In this document: positions 59,427 to 64,000 of the stretch, in pieces
Numbering within the stretch: position 1 is the first letter of the stretch
Layout of the letters: the number at the start of each line of letters is the position of its first letter
Origin: a candidate division FCPU426 bacterium
Lineage (GTDB): Bacteria; Oederibacteriota; PGYV01; Palsa-1178
Direction of reading: 5' to 3'
Assembly (NCBI GenBank): GCA_963840035.1
Contig: CAWIXE010000003.1
Location: forward strand, 224,001-288,000
Length of the DNA stretch: 64,000 nt
Made by a program: the position numbers and the translations under genes
Notes under the pieces: generated by a model
The model's database searches: none
Seen by the model: only the letters and a program-made list of their open reading frames with translations
Told to the model about the DNA's origin: nothing

Positions 59427-60365
59427 TTGAAGAAGAAAATTCTTTTTTTGATAATAATAACGGCGATTTTCCATTCCTCCGCATTTGCCGGGGTGACAGG
59501 GACCGGGGGCGGGGCGGCGGCTTTTTTACGCGCCGGCGCGGGGGCCAGGGCATTATCACTTTCAGGCGCGTTTACCGCGTATGAGGACGACTCTTCATGC
59601 CCGTATTGGAACCCGGCGGCGATTGCTTCATTCAAATATTTTGGCGTATCAACCATGTATTCATGGCTTACAGCCGAAAGAAAAAACAGCTTCTTAAACA
59701 TAGTTTTTCCGACGCAGGCCGGGTCATTTGCCTTAAATATCCTGAGCTTCAGCGTGGGAGACATAGAGCAAAGGACGGATGATACTCCGTTTTTTACCCT
59801 GTTTTCATACGATGACAATGTGTATTTCCTGACTTACGCCAACCGGGTTTATGAAAATATTTCTCTGGGCGTTAACGTTAAAATGATGCACACTTCTGTC
59901 AATGCCACGGGTTCCGCGGCAAACGCCCTGGGCGCGAGCCTTGATCTTGGAATGCTTATTAAATTCGGGGAATATGTAAATTTCGGACTTGTATTTCAGG
60001 ACATTGCCGCGAGGTATCTGTGGTCCACGGGCAATGACGAGAAGATACCGTTCTTAATGAGGCTGGGGCTGCTTGGAAAGCTTTTAAACGGAGATTTAAA
60101 CCTTTCGATTGACGCCGAAGAAAATGAGTTTGAAGGAGTGGCGTTTAAGGCAGGGGTTGAGGGTACTTTCGTTAAGATACTATCACTCAGGGCCGGCACG
60201 CAGTATTCCGCCAGCGGCGGCTACGCGTCATATTCCTTCGGCGGCGGGCTTAAATACTCCGTATCAGGCGTCATTTTCCAGCTTGATTATGCCATGCTTT
60301 TACAGGGGCTGGTGACGGCGGAGACAAACCATAAGTTGTCGCTAAATTTGTATTTTAAAATATGA
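59427..60365 (+). CDS. PorV/PorQ-like outer-membrane beta-barrel
   Basis: AFLRAGAGARALSLSGAF...YWNPAA, LSLRAG, HKLSLNLYF. Confidence 0.78.
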   Translation: MKKKILFLIIITAIFHSSAFAGVTGTGGGAAAFLRAGAGARALSLSGAFTAYEDDSSCPYWNPAAIASFKYFGVSTMYSWLTAERKNSFLNIVFPTQAGSFALNILSFSVGDIEQRTDDTPFFTLFSYDDNVYFLTYANRVYENISLGVNVKMMHTSVNATGSAANALGASLDLGMLIKFGEYVNFGLVFQDIAARYLWSTGNDEKIPFLMRLGLLGKLLNGDLNLSIDAEENEFEGVAFKAGVEGTFVKILSLRAGTQYSASGGYASYSFGGGLKYSVSGVIFQLDYAMLLQGLVTAETNHKLSLNLYFKI

Positions 60366-60376
60366 GGATTGTATTT

Positions 60377-60447
60377 GAAGGGGCGATTTCCACTGGACTT
60401 CGCATGAATCGCAAGCATTGGTTGGGCAATTCGTGAATTGCCCCTAC
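60377..60447. repeat. Degenerate GTAGGGGCG-family REPIN
   Basis: GAAGGGGCGATTT...GAATCGC ... GGGCAATTCGTGAATTGCCCCTAC. Confidence 0.75.
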
Positions 60448-60590
60448 AAAAGAAGGTCAAAATATAAGAAGGATTATTATTAACACGTAAACCATTTTGT
60501 CAGCCTTAGCGTCTAAAATACAGTTGAAAAAAGGCAAAAAATGTTATATTATATATAACAGGGAAAAAGAATAAATAAGGAGGTTTTAGC

Positions 60591-61202
60591 ATGAAAAAAG
60601 CCATAGCATTATCAGTTGTTTTTGCTTTTGCGTTTGCTTCCATGAGTTTCGCGGCATGGAAGAGCTGGGAAGACTTTAACGTTTATAAAGAAGCAAGGAA
60701 AGCGGCCATGGAAGCGGAAGGGGCCGGAGACACAGTAACAGCAGTAACAAACTATAAAAAGGCCGCGGAATTGGCCGGCAAATCAGCCACAAAAGACATC
60801 CAGGCATGGCAGACTAACAACGCCGCATTTGTACTTATCAAGCAGTTTAAGGCGCTTGTTGCGTATGATGAAAAACTGGCAAAACTCCAGGAAATGAAGC
60901 CTTCCAAGGAAAAGATCGCTTTCCAGAAGGAAATGTCAGACATGTTCTCAATGAAGATGGACCTCTTAGCCGAGGCTAAGGAGCTGCTCGAAGGCGGGAA
61001 AGCAATCGACGGCGGAGTTGAACCCTCAGCAAAAATACAGTCAAACCTTGACTTTATCGCGTGGGTCGACGAGTTCGTAAAAACCGGCGGAAACCCGGCA
61101 CCGGCAGCGACAGCTGTACCGGCGGAAGTAAAAGCTGAAGAAGCAGCGCCTGCAGAAGTAAAGGCCGAAGCTGCGAAACCGGCAGAACCTGTAAAAAAGT
61201 AA
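60591..61202 (+). CDS. Secreted helical protein with Ala/Pro/Glu tail
   Basis: RBS AAGGAGG, signal peptide ASMSFA, PAEVKAE repeats. Confidence 0.75.
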   Translation: MKKAIALSVVFAFAFASMSFAAWKSWEDFNVYKEARKAAMEAEGAGDTVTAVTNYKKAAELAGKSATKDIQAWQTNNAAFVLIKQFKALVAYDEKLAKLQEMKPSKEKIAFQKEMSDMFSMKMDLLAEAKELLEGGKAIDGGVEPSAKIQSNLDFIAWVDEFVKTGGNPAPAATAVPAEVKAEEAAPAEVKAEAAKPAEPVKK

Positions 61203-61217
61203 TTATTTAAATATATG

Positions 61218-61250
61218 AAAAAAGGCGGGCCTTTAAGGCCCGCCTTTTTT
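61218..61250 (+). terminator. Intrinsic terminator
   Basis: AAAAAAGGCGGGCC-TTTAA-GGCCCGCCTTTTTT. Confidence 0.9.
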
Positions 61251-61272
61251 GTTATGGTATTTTAGAAGAATA

Positions 61273-61351
61273 CCCCCCCTCTCCCTCAGGGAGAGGGGAC
61301 ATTCCGGCTGGTTTCACATCACCCCGGCCCATCTCCTAAGAGGAGAGGGGA
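61273..61351. repeat. CCCTCTCCC/GGGAGAGGG-type REP pair
   Basis: CCCCTCTCCC-TCA-GGGAGAGGGG and TCACCCCGGCCCATCTCCT-AAG-AGGAGAGGG. Confidence 0.7.
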
Positions 61352-61367
61352 GAAATGTCCTTATTTC

Positions 61368-61399
61368 AATCTAAAATCCAAAATTTAGAATTCAGAATT
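61368..61399. repeat. Orphan heptamer arm
   Basis: AATCTAA AATCCAA AATTTAG AATTCAG AATT. Confidence 0.7.
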
Positions 61400-61444
61400 A
61401 TGTTTTATATGCTATAATAATCCAAACTTTTCAGGGCTGATTTT

Positions 61445-62098
61445 ATGCCCAAAATTGACGGAGAAAATATGGAATTTATACCCGTATTAATGCAGATTAC
61501 CATACTTGTTTTCGCGGTTATCATTCATGAGGTTAGCCATGGTTATGTGGCATACATGCTCGGGGATCCGACGGCTAAGGATGAGGGAAGGCTTACTTTG
61601 AACCCGATTCCGCACATAGATCCCATGATGTCCATAATCATACCGGCTTTCCTTATTATAACGAACGCGGGATTCATACTCGGCGGCGCGAAACCTGTGC
61701 CGATAAACCCGAACTACTTTAAGAACCATAAAAGGGATGTCATGCTGACCAGTCTTGCCGGGCCGGGCTCTAACATACTGCTGGCAATAATAAGCGCTGG
61801 TTTACTTAAAGTTGCCCTGCTTTTTCCGGCGATAGATTCGGACGGGCTCCGGACTTTCCTTGCTTTGAGCGTAATGATAAATGTGATGCTGGCTGTTTTT
61901 AATTTAATACCCATACCGCCCCTTGACGGGTCAAAGGTTCTGGCGTATTTTCTTCCCGACAGGCTGGCGTGGAGTTACATGCGGTTTGAACAGTATGGAT
62001 TGATAGTCATTTTAGTTCTTATGGCGACGGGTTTGCTTGGGGTTATAATGAAGCCAATTTACCTTTTTGTGCACTGGATAATGGGACTGCTCGTATAA
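61445..62098 (+). CDS. Site-2 protease (peptidase M50); start may be 61469
   Basis: HEVSH, GDPTAK, AGPGSN, FNLIPIPPLDG. Confidence 0.92.
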   Translation: MPKIDGENMEFIPVLMQITILVFAVIIHEVSHGYVAYMLGDPTAKDEGRLTLNPIPHIDPMMSIIIPAFLIITNAGFILGGAKPVPINPNYFKNHKRDVMLTSLAGPGSNILLAIISAGLLKVALLFPAIDSDGLRTFLALSVMINVMLAVFNLIPIPPLDGSKVLAYFLPDRLAWSYMRFEQYGLIVILVLMATGLLGVIMKPIYLFVHWIMGLLV

Positions 62099-62110
62099 AA
62101 ATCGGAGGAT

Positions 62111-63091
62111 TTGATGGAGAGTTTACTCAGCGGAATGAGGCCCACGGGAAAGCTTCACCTCGGGCACCTGGAAGGCGTATTAAAAAGTTATGTGGAGATG
62201 CAGGATAAATACAGGGCTTTTTACATGGTCGCGGACTGGCATGCCCTTACCACTGACTATGAGAAACCGGGTATGACAAATGAAAACACAATAGAGATGT
62301 TCAAGGACTGGCTCTCAGTGGGAATACTGCCGGAGAAGGCGACATTGTTCGTACAGTCGTCAGTCATAGAGCACGCTGAGCTCTTTTTATTATTGTCAAT
62401 GATGACACCGGTTCCATGGCTTGAGAGGAACCCCACATATAAGGAACAGAAGCAGGAATTATCCACTAAGGACCTTTCCACTTTCGGGTTCCTGGGATAT
62501 CCTGTTTTACAGGCAGCCGACATCCTCATATATAAAGCGCAGGTAGTCCCCATTGGCGAGGATCAAAGGCCCCACCTGGAGCTCGCGCGCGAGATAGCGC
62601 GCAGGTTTAACAACCTTTACGGCGCTTTCTTCCCGGAGCCCAAGGAAATACTCACCAGATACCCGAAACTTCCGGGCTTAGACGGAAGGAAGATGTCAAA
62701 GAGCTATAATAACGCGATATACTTAACTGACGATGAAAAAACAGTGAATGACAAGACGGGACAGATGTTTACGGACCCGGCAAAGATAAGGAAGAACGAC
62801 CCGGGACACCCGGAAAACTGCGTTGTCTGCGCTTTCCATAAGATATATAACGCGGAAAGCTGTGATGGAGTGATGGAAGAATGCAAGGCCGGCACCAGGG
62901 GCTGCGTTGACTGCAAAAAGCAGGTGGCGGTAAAGATAAACGCGAGGCTCGCGCCCATAAGGGAAAAACGCGCGGAAATCGATAAAGACCCGGGCAGGAT
63001 AAAGGATATAATAAGGGAAGGCAATAAGAAGGCAAAAGCAGCGGCGGAAGAGACGATGGGGGATGTAAGGAAGATGATGAAACTGGTTTAG
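62111..63091 (+). CDS. trpS: Tryptophan--tRNA ligase
   Basis: SGMRPTGKLHLGH, YPVLQAADIL, GEDQ, KMSKS. Confidence 0.97.
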   Translation: MMESLLSGMRPTGKLHLGHLEGVLKSYVEMQDKYRAFYMVADWHALTTDYEKPGMTNENTIEMFKDWLSVGILPEKATLFVQSSVIEHAELFLLLSMMTPVPWLERNPTYKEQKQELSTKDLSTFGFLGYPVLQAADILIYKAQVVPIGEDQRPHLELAREIARRFNNLYGAFFPEPKEILTRYPKLPGLDGRKMSKSYNNAIYLTDDEKTVNDKTGQMFTDPAKIRKNDPGHPENCVVCAFHKIYNAESCDGVMEECKAGTRGCVDCKKQVAVKINARLAPIREKRAEIDKDPGRIKDIIREGNKKAKAAAEETMGDVRKMMKLV

Positions 63092-63093
63092 AA

Positions 63094-63191
63094 AGTGTGT
63101 AGTGGGTGGTGAGTGGTGTGTGGCGGGAAGTAAGAAGCTAGTCCTGTACTGACTATTGAGACTTATGAGACTATTGAGATCATTGAGACTT
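63094..63191. repeat. Hybrid element: RGTGNGT heptamer arm + nonamer TGAGAC arm
   Basis: AGTGTGT AGTGGGT GGTGAGT GGTGTGT GG ... CTATTGAGAC TTATGAGAC TATTGAGAT CATTGAGACT. Confidence 0.8.
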
Positions 63192-63210
63192 TTTTAAGGA
63201 GCCGGCGTAA

Positions 63211-63960
63211 ATGGCAGACGAAGATTATCAGCTAAAGCTTGCGGTATTTGAAGGGCCTTTTGACCTGCTCTTATACCTCATAAAGAAAAACCAGATAGAC
63301 ATATACGATATTCCCATAGCAAAAATAACAGAGGAATATATAACGTACATAGACATGATGCACAAGCTCTCCCTGGATGTGGCAAGCGAGTTTATCGTTA
63401 TCGCGGCAACGCTTATTTACATAAAGGCAAAAATGCTGCTTCCCAAGGATGAGCTTTTAGAGGCGGACGAAGAGGACCCGAGAAATGAGCTGGTGCAGCA
63501 CCTTGTGGAATATTCCATGTTCAAGGAAATATCCGAAAGGATGAGGATATACGAGGCTAAAAAGAGGGACCTCTTTGAAAGGCTTTACCCGCTTAACGTG
63601 GCAAAAGAGGACCAGGAGCTGGTGCTTGACGTTTACGCGCTTGTGAAAGCCATGGATTCCGTGCTCGAGCGCCTGAATGAAAAGAAGATGATAATCATTC
63701 CCGGCGAGCAGATAAAGGTCAGGGACAGGATGCACGAACTTATAGAAAAACTTAAGGCCGCGAACGAGGCGGTGAGCTTCTTTGACATGTGTTCGGAAAA
63801 TAACTCCAGGCTTTACATCATAGCGCTGTTTCTGGCGCTGCTTGAGCTCTTAAGGCTCAAAGTCATAACCTGCTACCAGGACAAGATATTTGACGACATA
63901 AAAATTTACATCAAAGATAATGAATTTGACACAGCCATTTTACAGAACATAGGTGAATAA
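63211..63960 (+). CDS. scpA: Segregation and condensation protein A
   Basis: FEGPFDLLLYLIKK..IDIYDIPI, EEDPRNEL, FLALLEL. Confidence 0.95.
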   Translation: MADEDYQLKLAVFEGPFDLLLYLIKKNQIDIYDIPIAKITEEYITYIDMMHKLSLDVASEFIVIAATLIYIKAKMLLPKDELLEADEEDPRNELVQHLVEYSMFKEISERMRIYEAKKRDLFERLYPLNVAKEDQELVLDVYALVKAMDSVLERLNEKKMIIIPGEQIKVRDRMHELIEKLKAANEAVSFFDMCSENNSRLYIIALFLALLELLRLKVITCYQDKIFDDIKIYIKDNEFDTAILQNIGE

Positions 63961-63961
63961 A

Positions 63962-64000
63962 ATGAAAAAAGAGGATATGGACAGGACGCTTCAGGCCCTG
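63962..64000 (+). CDS. 3'-partial CDS, probably ScpB
   Basis: ATG directly after the scpA stop. Only 13 codons are visible, so the call rests on synteny. Confidence 0.4.
   Translation, partial: MKKEDMDRTLQAL

Overview
A 64 kb, mostly + strand chromosomal segment from a diderm bacterium. Type IX-like secretion cargo and PorV-like barrels in a non-Bacteroidota-looking gene context suggest an uncultured candidate lineage, but that is weak inference only. Housekeeping genes include mazG, serS with two tRNA-Ser genes, a ZnuABC-type transporter, moxR/DUF58/VWA, nrdJ, rimP-nusA-infB-rbfA-nrnA-ribF, trpS and scpA/scpB. They are interleaved with glycosyltransferases, secreted T/P-rich proteins, a HigBA-type TA pair, an IS30 and a RAYT/Y1 transposase. 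The most striking unexplained structure is intergenic. About 25 elements consist of two inverted arms, each made of roughly 4-5 degenerate tandem units of 6, 7, 8, 9 or 15 bp. They fall into about ten unrelated sequence families, yet share one architecture: they typically start at an upstream stop codon and end at the next Shine-Dalgarno or at a convergent stop. Other notable features are several GTAG-type REP/REPIN families with nested insertions, a RAYT bounded by 36-bp inverted repeats next to a decapitated gene, and a domain-swapped DUF1214-DUF1254 gene flanked by directly repeated dif-like sites plus a loxP-like palindrome. Three genes are interrupted by small lesions. All calls come from reading the sequence by eye; no searches were run.
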